This document shows positions 1-13,179 of a stretch of DNA of 64,000 nucleotides, piece by piece. The notes under the pieces were generated by a model, which saw only the letters and a list, made by a program, of their open reading frames with translations, was not told where the DNA came from and did not search any database. This DNA is from Octopus vulgaris (taxonomy: Eukaryota), in contig OX597817.1 in assembly GCA_951406725.2 (NCBI GenBank), positions 115,134,001 to 115,198,000 of the forward strand, given 5' to 3'. A program made the position numbers and the translations under genes. How positions within the stretch are numbered: position 1 is the first letter of the stretch; each line of letters begins with the position of its first letter.

Positions 1-1065
1 CATATACTTTTATTAAAAAATAAGTTTTAAATAATTGCTTACTGTACATTGAATATAAGCAGATCATTGCACTCTCTCATAAATTTATCCTCTTTTATTA
101 GTCAGAAAATATTTCTTTCACCAAAGTTATCTGAAAAAAAAAACTGAAAGAAGAAAACACATTACAAAGATTACCAATATAATTTTTATCAATAATTTTA
201 CATTTAATTCTCAGTCTGACAAGACATACTTTAAGGCATCTTTGGTATTTGAATAAAACCTGTATTCTGTTCCGTTGCAATAAAATGGTATGGAAACAAT
301 TTGAAAGGAACTTTCTTCAATATTTATTACTACTTTTTATTTTCACTCAGGAAAAAAAAAAAAAAACACTTCTCGTAGAAATGTTGTTTATACCTTACTT
401 TCGTTCAAGTAATTTTTAACATTTACAATCTTTTTCTTTGTATCTCCAACATTTTCAGTCTGAAAAATAATGTGATTTTTTTCAGTGTTCTGCGATAAAT
501 CTAAAAGGGTAAAGAAATAAGCAGTTGATAACAGGTATCTATTATATGTTGCAAACTTATAAAAAGAAATTAGATCGTGTTAAGAAAAGAGCAAACATTC
601 TTTAAAATAGCTGCAGTATCGTTACCAATATTCACTTGATAATTTAGAATTGGTTTGAACAAGTTAAAAGTGTAATAATAGTGTGTTTGATTCAGCGGTT
701 ATACACTACCATATCTGCAATAATTTTCAATTTCCTGCTATGCAGACGCAGCTTCGTGAACTTTAGAGCAATGACAAACAAATATATATTCTAAAATACA
801 TATATTTTAGAATAAAATTCGAGCTTAAAATGGCCTGGCGAATAAAGCATAAGGCAGACAACAGATAGAGTCGAATTAAGATCTTTGAGGTTCTTGGGCT
901 ATATACAGTGTAGAGCCTGCAGGAATATTTTCAATGGGAATGATGTTTTCTTCTTTGTGTGATTCATGCATGCATGCATGCATACATACATACATACATA
1001 CATACATACATACATACATGCAGACATGCATGCATGCATACATACATGCATACATACGTACACAC

Positions 1066-1650
1066 GTGAATGCAACAAAAAAGAAAATACGTACACTGAA
1101 CTATTAAGGAATCTACAGCTACTCTATCCGGATCACAAGTTCATGTTTATACCTGTAATTATTGGAGAACTGGGATATGTAACCCACTGTCTAAATACCA
1201 ATCTTCAGAAATTAGGCTTCTCAAAATCAGAAAGGAGAAAGCTGATTCGAAGGCTATAGATCCAAGCCATCACTGTGAAACTTCTCCAGAGTTTATCATT
1301 TAAGTGTATATGAATATGTCTAGACATGCAACTCTATCCATGAGAATACATACAAATCACCACATGCATAAAGTCTGAATGCTGCACACATGCACACATA
1401 CATCCAAAAATACCCTGTTGATGTTGAAATTCCAGTAAAGGAACCTTGAAACTAGGTTATCAACTGATTCTTTCTCTATTGGCAAGGAGCCTTGAAATAT
1501 AACTAAATAAAGACATACATACATGCATACAAAAATACCCTGTTGATGTTGGAATTCCAATAAAGTAGCCTTGGATCTAGGTTAGAGACCGGCTTTTCTC
1601 CATTAGCAAGAAATCTAGAAGTAAAAGGGAATAATGAAATACATACATGC
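1066..1650 (+). mobile_element. 3' fragment of a restriction-like-endonuclease non-LTR retrotransposon (R4/Dong-like) with 3' UTR
   Basis: Translation KKENTYTELLRNLQLLYPDHKFMFIPVIIGELGYV resembles the K..KY..L...(I/V)P(I/V)(V/I)IGALG C-terminus of RLE elements; UTR has a duplicated block (about 1405-1500 and 1530-1625); TACA/CATA repeats on both sides. Confidence 0.65.
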
Positions 1651-1747
1651 ATATGTGACTAACGTCCTACTGTTAGCCCAGAGTAATCGTTCGAATTTCT
1701 TTATTCGTTTTAGAAACTATATTCTTACCAGCGAGAATTCTAGGTTG

Positions 1748-1972
1748 TTGACGTCATAAGAATTTAGAAACGTCGAGAGAATGTGAAAGGATTCGTTTAT
1801 TTTTTAACTGTTGAAGTCGCAGCGTTAAGATTTTGGGTTCGAATTTTTTTCTATCCATAGTGATTTAACCCAATTTTACACGCTTATTGTATACAACCTT
1901 CTACTTTGTGTTCAGCCGTTAAAAACGAATTGCCGCACGCTCTCTCAAAGTTTTTTATTCTTATGACATCAA
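1748..1972. repeat. Degenerate fold-back element, arms about 1748-1815 and 1911-1972
   Basis: ttgacgtcataagaat...cgagaga...attcgttt...aactgttgaa versus ttcagccgttaaaaacgaatt...tctctc...attcttatgacatcaa; spacer holds B-box-like GGTTCGAATT. Confidence 0.55.
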
Positions 1973-2147
1973 TATGTACACACACACGTACACACATACA
2001 CACATACACATAATATAAATACATGCATACATACACACACATACACACATAATATATATGGTTGAAATTCAAATAAAAACAAAAGAAGACAGGTGTATGA
2101 ACATCAAGCAGGTATATTAGTTTGACGCTCGAGAAAGGGAAAAATGA

Positions 2148-2183
2148 CTTTTACATTTCGAGCCTACGCTCTTCAATAGAAAG
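2148..2183 (-). ncRNA. Decayed minimal type-I hammerhead motif in a PLE-type terminal repeat (about 2066-2340)
   Basis: Minus strand: CTTT-CTATTGA-A-GAGC-GTAG-GCTC-GAAAT-GTA-AAAG; stems I and II pair, core mutated; same layout as 61145-61179. Confidence 0.55.
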
Positions 2184-2348
2184 GAATAAGAGAACATAAC
2201 CAATAAAGAGAGCAGGTGCAAAGGAGTGGAGAGATGAAGCATGTGTCAGAAACCAATAGCAGCCTTAATTCACACACACACATATAGAAAGAGGCAATTA
2301 TGCGGATAAACAAATTAGATGTATTAGATATAACAGTTTGGGTATGAA

Positions 2349-2379
<31 letters not shown>

Positions 2380-2689
2380 CATGCAAACTGAGAAAAAGCA
2401 AAAGGTGGAGACTTTTAGACGGTGAATATTTATCTATACGTATATAGATATTTATATTAATAGGTCCAACTTACACGGAGAACAAATGACAGAAAATTAA
2501 AGAAGAAAGGTGTTTTAAGTCCAAGTTTGAGCACTGCTAAGTGTCTTCTATACTGAGACTCTCTGGATCTCATCTGTTGACTGTATACATGTTTTATATA
2601 GTCAAGTATTATACCATTGGTTATGGCATACAGGCGGTCAGGGAGTTATCATTGATTTCAAGTACTCTAGTACACATCGTCACGTATCA

Positions 2690-2955
2690 TACGCACGCAG
2701 CGCATTGTTGACACTATAACGAAGGTCTTCCTGATTAAGCACGAGTTCTCCAGCTGCCTTGTCACACTTTTCCGAACAGCTCCTGATATTGTCAATGTAT
2801 TGCATTCTTTGCCTGTTTCTTGATTTAATGCCTTCTACTCTACTTTCCATGATAACGTTTCCCAAACTTCTCAAACTTCTGCTTCTTCGAATATAGCCAA
2901 AATGAATGAGATTTTATTTTTTACAATATTCAGGAGTTGTCGTCTTTCACTTAAT
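2690..2955 (-). mobile_element. RTE-clade LINE 3' fragment
   Basis: Minus translation HFGYIRRSRSLRSLGNVIMESRVEGIKSRNRQRMQYIDNI matches the RTE C-terminal pattern FGHI.R...IMEG.VEG.R.RGR.R..Y.D.I. Confidence 0.7.
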
Positions 2956-4749
2956 TGTTGTGTCATCCAATCATTAATCCGATGGACTTCGTAACATACT
3001 CCTATAATCTTACATTTCATATCGGACTTGCTGACTGGAAGTACATTATTTCTTTACTGATGGAGTTACTATATAGGCTCGGTCAGCTAGGTAGTGAAGA
3101 ACAAAAAACGAAACAAAAAATGCGAGACGGAAGGAAGAGTTTTCCCCCCGCCATATACGATTCCAGCTTGTTCGTCATGTAGCGGAAGGAGTGTGACTTG
3201 ATAATTACTTTTGAAACTTAGAGTATAGAAAAACTTGCAGTCATATAACAAATCCGATAAATAAGTTTCTTCCAATTTTTCACAACCGAAGATTTGCTAA
3301 AGTTGAAACATGATTTGTTAGATCAGACACAGTTACTGTTTTTCCATTTATGCATGTACATTTCAGTGCTGAAAAGTTCGTGTCAGCAAAAAGTGAACCT
3401 ATTTCAATAAAATTAAAATTTGATTTACTTCTAGTTCTCCTCGCGTGGAATTATTATTTCGAGCAGGGCAATGTCTTTTGAGAACATTGGCATTTTCAAA
3501 CTTTATTGATATAATTTAGAAATATTTTATTTTAGCAATTATCTTTCCTATTCTATTATTTACGGAAATACCTTTCACTTGACATCTCACACTTTATGAG
3601 TCAGATTGAGTCAGGTAAATGTATCTTGTCCAAAACCCTAAAGCTGTAGAAATTCACTGAATTGCTATCTTATCTATTCAACTATAGACCATTTGTAGCT
3701 TGTGATAGGTCTTCTTTAATATCTCTATTTGTAGTGCTCATTGGTTCTCGTTATCATTAATCCTTTCAACAAATATACTGATATCACTCAAAACATTGGC
3801 CCCAATGTTTATTTCATATTAGGTCCCATTTGATTGATTACATGAAAGTCTGTTCCGTAATTTCAGAAACTACGGAAAATAAATAAAACTAAAGTCCAGA
3901 TTATACATCAAGATAAATTTGCTTATATTTCCTCACCGAAGCTTTGAATTGCCGGTTAGTTGGATATAAGGTATATTATTGAAGAGAATTCAACATATAA
4001 TTGGAAAAGCTGGGTACGCACTCGAATATTCATGCCTTTTTCACCACATCTTTCTTGTTCCCTTTCGTTTGAGAGATTAGTTCCTCGTCTGCGATAAAGA
4101 TGAGTGATAAGATGTGAGAAGCGCACAAAGCTATCCATAGAATTCGTATAAAATGATATCTAATTGTGATTATATAAAGGCATATATAGCGTTAATATCA
4201 AAACCTGATTCTAAAGATTTTTCATGACTTGGCCTATTTGTGCATTTTGGAATTTAAAATACACACGACTTTTTCAAATGTAATAGAAGTCAAATTATTC
4301 TAAGATTCTTAAGAATTGGGCATGGAATTATTTCGCTAAGTGTCATCTTTATTCTTAATACTTAAGTTATTTGCCTTTCAGTTTTGATAATCAGATATCA
4401 TAATATCCATTATACTTCTTTAATAACACTCCCAGGGTCTTATAGATAAAACCGTTCATTGCAAATCTATAAATAAATCTTTAAGTTAATATTTTCTTCC
4501 AACTATTTTCAAACACCAACGCAATAGTGAAAGAAATAATGCAATAAATATTCATAAATACTGATTCGAATGTTATTCGTTTCTTAATTTTTTTCTTTAT
4601 GTAGGAATATGTCTCAACTATTTAATTTAATTATCAATTTTATTTGAGCTCCCTTTTGTAATGCAAATTTTCTTCACCTATTCATATCAAACTTTCTATA
4701 AATGTGGATGTCATTTTCTATCAGTTTCAAATTATAATAAGGACATTTT

Positions 4750-6550
4750 CTCATTGCATACTGTTGGGAAAATGAACTTATTCAAAAACTATTCGAAAAG
4801 AAAAAAGACTTAATAAAAATCAAAATGCACAACGTATTAAAAATATTCAATAAATTGTATATTGGAATATACATTAACCATGTAAAAATTTGAGAAAGAT
4901 TATATTACAGGACTGGTTTACGAATAATAGGTAGTTAAATATTAACTGAGTTATATCCTGTAAATAAAAATATCTTTTAAAAACCTCTCTCACTAATGTT
5001 CTATTGGATTTATAAACAATTTGGTGTATCTCTGGATAGAACTCTTAAATAATATCTGTAATGTAGTGATACCTGATCTTTTGAAACAAACTATATATGA
5101 TGCAGTGTTTCTTGAATTATCGGTATATATACAAATATAGTTTAGTTACATAAAAGTACTTTTGATGGCTTTAATATTTTATTGCAGAACTATCATTTTA
5201 TATGTGCCAGATTGTGTGGTGTGTTTGTAAATGTATTCTGCCGGTCTTGTGACTTTGGAAAGAAAGATATACCGTAAATGGTACTTCCTGTATTTATCGT
5301 TGCTATGGCTTGCGCCAGTGTTATTTTTTCGAGTCGTTAATTTTCATGGAGTACTTGTAAACCGATTCAAGCTGATTCATGACTTCTGCTGTTGTTTGAT
5401 GGCGCCCGCACCTTTCGACCGACTTTTGAATTTTTCATATATACATTTCTTTTGTAGCTTGTTTAACTTATTTAAGTCGATGGGGAGAGTAATTTGGGCT
5501 GATTTTATTTGAATTTCTTGTAAGTCCAGTACAAACACATACAAGCATTTTCTTGCTTAGTAAGTTAAATTTAACTTATGAATACTTATTTATGAATAAT
5601 AATTTTGATTCGTAATCCGCACGAAGAGGCCAGTCCCTACATTATTAAAGATTTGGCTCAAAAGACAATATATATACATATATAAAGAAAATTCCCCAAA
5701 ATATGTCACATTAGGCGCCCACACAAAACATCTATAGGAACTTAGGTTTTTTAGAGATTAGATCCATTAACCAGTTCAGAAGAAGGTATTCTATTTTAGT
5801 CGAAAATTTTTTCTTTAGAAGAATGTTGATTATCCCGCTAACTCAAATGAAAAGCAAAATAATAATTACTAAGAAGAAATAAAATCACAAAAAGGATTGC
5901 TAGTTAATCGTTTCCTGTCTATTTATGTTGTGATGTCAGTAGCTAATAGAAACTGGCATATTTCTATTAAGGAAAGACCTGCAAAAAGGGGCATACAAGC
6001 GTAACTTCATTATTACTTAATAATTGCTATAAGTTATTCGGTGATTTTCCCTGAAAATCTTTTTGCAAGCTTATTGAATATTGTTGGAGAATTTTGATTG
6101 GATTTGATAGCTTTTTTTCTTACATAATGGTGAATATTGCTGTTTTGATTTTATTAAATATTTCACTGGCCTCCATTATTTAATAAAAGAATCTTTTATA
6201 CTGCTAATTGTCTTTTTGAATTATTAATCTATTATAATTTCTTTTCATTTTTTGTTGAATAAAGCAATTAATAATTCATTCGATTTAAAATTATAGCCTC
6301 CACCTTTATAATACAATGAATTATCATATTTTCTTAAAGATTTGATTTTGGTTTATTACTTCCAGCATATTCCTCTGATAATAGAATACTATCAGCCTTT
6401 CAGAAATGTCATTTTTACATCAAGGTTACTTGTCATAAAGAGTGAAAGATGTTTACGATATTTTAATTATATTCTTAATTAAAAAGGTTCTACCAAAATT
6501 TATTATAATCAATCATTTTACAAGAATGTTGAGAACTGATTTGTAGCTAT
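4750..6550 (-). pseudogene. Very old, heavily decayed PLE-like RT/GIY-YIG remnant
   Basis: Weak motifs in the expected order on minus: NLDVKM (about 6420), LYYKGG (about 6305), KSNQNSPTIFNKLAKRFS (about 6080), IYT...SYIVCFKR (about 5100). Confidence 0.3.
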
Positions 6551-7595
6551 ATTTTATACATAACACATAAGGAAATATGTATACATGTGTGTGTATGTGT
6601 GTAGTGATAAAATAATTAAATGACATTTAATTAAGATTATCGCAAGTATTGCATTATGCATCTATTTTAATTGTCTAAATCGACCGAATTCTAGAAAGTG
6701 GCACTGATTTCTCAATCTTGAAGAGTTTCATTGGAACGTATGGAAAATAAAAGTACATTGCATTCAAGAGTTAGCTATGCGACATACGACAAGGGATACA
6801 TGTACCCTATAATTTTCTCTGTGGATGTCTGTGGAAATTTTACTTGTGTGCAAATTTGGTTTTTCTTTGCTAAGTATGTGGGCACCCATGCAAGCAACCT
6901 TTTTAAGAAATTCAGTTTCATCATAAAAGTTTTGTGTGTGTCCAGTTTTTCCACTTAGCTAATTGTAAAACGTAAGCGTGTGCATAAATGCAAAGCTTAG
7001 AGAAAACATCGCGAATCATATGAAATAAATAACGGAAGCTAAAAAAACAATGCTACGGTGCCTAACAACAAATAAAATTTCCCTCCATATCGCAAATAGA
7101 TTCTCTATATTATAAGTGTCAAAATTATCAATTTTATTGTTATTGTTTGGTCGATAGATGTCATTTATTCTATTAAAATGATTCATGATTCAGGACAGTA
7201 TATTAATTTCGTACATTGGATCAACGTTACAACTTTGATAGGAAATTAACCGAGTGCATAATCCTTGGAATATTAGAACTACTTTTAATCTCCCCGTTTT
7301 TATTGAGGGATTAATACCAGAGCTGACTTTCTGTAGTATTCTAATTCAGAATGCGTAACGACGAAACTCATTGCTATGAGGCACATAGCCAATTCTTGAC
7401 AACTCTGCCACGTACCTTCTCAACATTATATTCAGACATATAAACGGGAGCATAGACCTGCAAGAAATAGCAGCCAAATCTATTTTAAGTTGTACCCTGT
7501 CTTGATAGGAGAGATACAAATTTCATGTTTGAAAGAAAAACGGAGTGAACATGACTAGAAGGGATTACATTTGATTGTATATATGTGTTCAGTGA

Positions 7596-7915
7596 AAGCG
7601 CGTGGCTTAGTGGTTAGGGTATTCAGCTCACGATCGTAAGGTCGTGAGTTCAATTCCTGGTGACGAGTTTTGTCCTTGAACAAAACTCTTTATTTCATGT
7701 TGCTTCAGTCCACTTAGCTGGCAAAAATGAGTAGTACCTGTATTTCAAAGGACCAGCCTTGTCACACTCTGTGTCACGCTGAATATCTCTGAGAACTACG
7801 CTAAAAGTACACGTGTCTTAGGAGTGCTCAGCCACTTGGACATTAATTTTACGAGCAGGCTGTTCCGTTGATCGGATCAACTTGAACCCTCTCCGTCGTA
7901 AGCGACGGAGTAGCA
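7596..7915 (+). mobile_element. tRNA-derived SINE, family C
   Basis: A box TGGCTTAGTGG, B-box-like GAGTTCAATTCC, body similar to the copy at 60237. Confidence 0.85.
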
Positions 7916-7952
7916 CTTTAGTTTTTTGTTCAGTCATATACTACGCCGAGCT

Positions 7953-8143
<191 letters not shown>

Positions 8144-8596
8144 TATTGAGACCGTCGGTTCTGATGCACAAATGAACGAAGCTAGAGTATTGACTATAGA
8201 TTACGTGCTCTCGGTAAAATGTTGGAAGGAAATCCAGTTGTATCTCAAAATGTGATCCTTACTTTGTTCGCAGGAAGTAAGTTAATCACTCAAAAATATG
8301 AAACACTTCACCAGCTGTGATGTCATAAATTATTGGAGCTCATTCCAGACATTGATTTCTCAATGTAAAGTGTGAAAACCGACTTTATATATGCATTCTT
8401 TGTTCGACACTCTAGCCGTAGAGAAGCATGCTTTTCTCATCTAACAGATCTGGTATGTTGTTCGTGTCTTAGTTTTAGGAACGAAATTTGAAAATTGGCA
8501 CACGCTGCGTAGAGAATGCACGGGGCCTGGATTTATTTGTGGAAAAGGACATATAATTTAGTAGAGTTTATAGTATTGCTCAAATAAGTAATATGA

Positions 8597-8819
8597 TATT
8601 GGTTTCAAACTTTGGCACAAGGCCAGCAATTTCGGGGTGTGTGTAAGTTGTAAGTCAATTACTACAAAATCAATGTCCAACTGGTACTTATCTTTATCGA
8701 GCCCGGAAGTATGAAAGGCAAAGTCTACCTCGGTGGGATTCGAACTCACAACGTAAAGACAGAAGGAATACCGCTAGGCATCTTGCCTGGCATACTAATG
8801 ATTCTGTCAGCTCGCCGCC

Positions 8820-8822
<3 letters not shown>
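8597..8822 (-). mobile_element. tRNA-derived SINE, family A
   Basis: Reverse complement gives ggcggcgagctgacagaatc...gagttcgaatcccaccgaggtagactttgcctttcat...gataagtacc. Confidence 0.85.
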
Positions 8823-8885
<63 letters not shown>

Positions 8886-9464
8886 TTGACAAGTGGGACC
8901 CCTGAATATTTCACAGAATTAATGCTAAACTTATTGAGTTATTTCTGAAAACTTTACCTCCTCTCCAAAAAAAAAACAAAAAAACTTAAAATGTAACCTG
9001 TGCTGTGTCTGTACCAAATGATAGTCACTCATCTGCTAATCATAGAATAATTAAGGAAATTGGAATACAATAATTACTTAATGCACTTTATATATACACT
9101 TAATATATTTCCTTCACAATTTTATAGACTTAATACATTGTATTCTCCCTCTTTCTCTTTCACTCTTCATCTTATCCTCTTTTTCGCTCTCTTTTTTTCT
9201 TTTGCTCTTCGCCTTTCCCTTCAACTAATCACTTGAAAGCGTTACAGCCAAAGTAAGTAACGGAGGAAAAACTTAGTTCAGAAAAAATCACATATTTCAC
9301 TCACCACCACCTCTCACTCCCCATCCATTTCAACCTATCCCCCTCTTACCTACCCCTCCCATCTATACCCCTCCCACCTATCCCTCACCCACCTCTCCAT
9401 ACTTCTCCCCCTCCCCGTCCTCCCCCACCACTCACCTTTCCTATGATGCAAAGGCACACACACA

Positions 9465-9627
9465 CACACGACAGGCTTCTTTCAGTTTCCGTCAACCAAA
9501 TCCACTTACAAGGCTTTGGCCAACCCGATGCTATACTAGAAGACACTTGCCTAAGGTGCCACGCAGTGGGACCGAACCTGGAACTACGTGGTTGGAAAGC
9601 AAGCTTGTTACCACACAACCATGCCTG
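9465..9627 (-). mobile_element. SINE family B, 5' half
   Basis: Matches the head of the full copy at 45115-45520. Confidence 0.85.
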
Positions 9628-9699
9628 ATGTTTAAAATGTAGGGAGGTAACTCCCTATAAAATCAGATGATTGAAATCCTTAGACAGTATTCTGTCTAT

Positions 9700-10188
9700 T
9701 ATAGGCACAAGGCCCGAAATTATGGTGGAGAGGACTAGTCGATTTCATCGACCCCAGTTGAGTAATAGTTCTTATTTTATCGACGCCAAAGGATGAACTT
9801 GGGTCCCTTGGTAGCATTTCAACTTAGAACGTAAAAACGGTGTGGTACATGCGGAAGATTTGAAATAAAGACACCTACCTTCTCTTCGTCGACGCAGACC
9901 TCCCCGGCGGTAACGAGCCCTTCAACGTGGCCCGACCGGAAAACTAAAAATAGTAACTGCTTTTCCCCTACCTTGACAAAGCGCTCACACGTCCAGCTCA
10001 CTCGGTTACCCAAATCGAAAAGGCCCAATGCCCCCCTGCCTGCGCGCGCGTCACTCCTGCCCCTTCCTCTTCCTGTCAGCCTCAAGTTCCAGTCAGCTCC
10101 CCAGCTGCTGTCGTCATCCCACAGACGGGTGAAATGCTGCAAAACATTTTTGCCTTCGTGCTAATGATTCTGTCAGTTTGCTGTCTTA
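9700..10188 (-). mobile_element. SINE family A split by an insertion at 9841-10123
   Basis: Halves 9700-9840 and 10124-10188 join into a continuous family A sequence. Confidence 0.75.
9841..10123. mobile_element. Probable solo LTR, 283 bp, GC-rich
   Basis: TGTGG...CCACA termini; flanking AACGG / GACGG (5-bp TSD with one mismatch); clean insertion in a SINE. Confidence 0.65.
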
Positions 10189-10763
10189 AATAAACAGTAG
10201 CAGTTATTGCTTTCAGCATTTAATTTAACCAATTCTACCATCAACTGCTCTTGAATCCTTAGACAATGTCGACAATGCAGATTAGAGTAATTGAATATAA
10301 GTATGTTTGGATAGCGACTATTAAGATTCTTAGACGAGGGACAACTCTAGTGATATGGTTATTGCAAAAGAACATCTCTCCATGAGTAATAAATGGTTGG
10401 GAGATGGTAACAGGCAATTGAAGGCATGCAGACATTCCGAAAATAACTTGGAATGAAATCAATAAATATTAGGTAATTAAGTCACATGTTACAATGCAAA
10501 CTGGACATACAGAGAAATATACAAACAAACTTTTATAGACTATGTCACCACGAAAAACAAATATTGAGATAACGATTGTATATGTGAGTAATTCTGCGTA
10601 TGTTAGAATAACACGCATACGCACACAAGCACACATATATACATAATACACACACACATATTCATAAGTTTGTGTATGCGTGCGTATTGGTTTATATATA
10701 TAATATATATATATATATATATGCATACGAACACACATTATACACTAATATATATTATACCTT

Positions 10764-10817
<54 letters not shown>

Positions 10818-10818
10818 C

Positions 10819-10867
<49 letters not shown>

Positions 10868-11766
10868 GACAGAGAGAGAGAGAGAGGCATCCATAAATAT
10901 ATATGTACACATGCATACACTCATACATATAGACATATACATAGATTTATATTTATATTTATATACAGACAAACGCATATCATTTGAACTTATTCATACA
11001 TTTCGCCTGAAAAGTAATCTTTATGTCTTCCTTTGACAATATATCAAACAAGTTTGGCAAAGGAAAAAATAAAAAATAAATAAATAAGAAGAAAAATCAT
11101 TCGAGAAAATGTAATCTCGTACAAATCCCAAATGGTTGGAATTTGGCTACAGCTTCGCGATACTACAAATAAATCTTTGCTACCATTGATGGGGATAAGC
11201 AGAAAAATGATCGAATACCATTAGATATTTTGTCTGAGTGTAGAATCTCCTCTTTCTCTACTCAAGTGCTTATGAATATTTATGGCAATCTTTTGCACTT
11301 TAAACCAATAAAGTTATGATTTTATTAATAAGAATAATTTCCATGTCCAATATAAGTTCTGGTTTTATACGAAAGTAATAGCGACTGAATGTTTTATCTA
11401 GCTACGTTATCAGAGGCATAATGACAAGAAGGCAGGATAATCCTATTACGTATAAACCATGGATAGTTAGAATGAATTGACTCAGTTACAATAATCTTAT
11501 CTTTCATTTAATTAAAAAGCTCAAGAATTCAATACGGTTGCCGTTGTTATTTATTTATCTTAAGCGCGTCCGTAAATACTCGTCAAATCAAGATTGTTAC
11601 TTGATTTGAATCCTTAATTCAAACAGCTTTCTTTACAATTCTAGCGTTGTCTTTCAAGAAAGATTGGTTATTACCATTTCCTATTAAAGTTGTAGGCTTC
11701 TTGTTCATTTAAGAAGAAGTGAAATAAAGAAATAAAGAGAGACATTGAGAGAAAGAGAGAGGGAGG

Positions 11767-11804
<38 letters not shown>

Positions 11805-13028
11805 CATTCCCGAAGTATTAAAACCTGCCTCTTTTGTTGATTCGAAGTAATTTTTCTAAAACCTTAGTATGCCTCGATGCTTTTTACATTGTGCAGCTGG
11901 CAAACACACTGGAATTGCTTTTAGAATTTACCAGAATAGCTACGTGCAATGAAGACTCTAAGGCGACAAATTAACTTAGGCTTTTGAGCATCGTTATTTG
12001 CTTCAGCTCCCTGCGCTATGAGTTCAAATACCAACGTTTCTATTAATAAACTTCCAGTCCATGACGGTGGACTGGCGGAGATGTCAGAGCGTAGGCGAGG
12101 TGCCTTGCAAAATTTGCTCCAGTTATTTTGTTTCTCTGAGTTCGAATGTTCGTCCTCAGTGGAATCGCATTAATAGTAAGGCTATTCCAAAACACTGGCA
12201 TTAAGCCCAATGTTTCAAAAAAATAAATAAAAATGAGTTTGACTATGTCTACAAGACGCCAGTGAACTTTCAAAATTAATTTGAAGTCATTATATTGGAC
12301 AATGCAGCAGGATTTTCTTTTTAAAAAAATGTTTAACTATACATCTTATCAGTAATGTAATAAAGCATACAACTGATAGAAAATTAGCGTTGTTAAGGAC
12401 AAAATAGCATTCATTTTACAACCACTGTATTTTCAATTGTTTTATCGCCATTACTAGAGTTTATAAAAATAAAGGGAATATTTAACAAAAATAATTGTTT
12501 ATTCGTAACAGCAACAGCATCAACGCACATTCCGAAGTGGTGGTATCTATGTTTCACAAAAGCTGCTAGAAATAGAAACAAAAAATCTCTTAAATCACAC
12601 TCTAATCTTCACAAAGGAAAGAAAGTATTGGTTGGTGTAGTCCGAGAATACTCACACAAAACTGTGATGGCCAAGGCTGGAATGCATTTGTTCGTAAGCA
12701 TATACAATTATATTTTCTACATGAGATAACATGTGTATCCCTTCGTGGTTGTATGGGTTTGTAGATTTAGCAGCCAAATCGCCCTCACGTCACACCCTAC
12801 TGACTTAGAAAAAGAAGCACATTGGGTAATGTAGCCTATCACTTTTATAAAAAAAAGTGGGCAGAACACCTTTCTTCATGGGTCTACTCGTCGTTGTCAT
12901 CGTACTCAACGAAAACTACAAAGTTTATAAAGATTCCCGTCAAACCGATGTTGTATAACAAGCTTTTACAAAACCGGGCAGTCACTTTAAAATTTATATG
13001 GACCAATTTACACACAGACACACACACA

Positions 13029-13144
<116 letters not shown>

Positions 13145-13179
13145 TACATATATACATATATACATATATATATATATAT

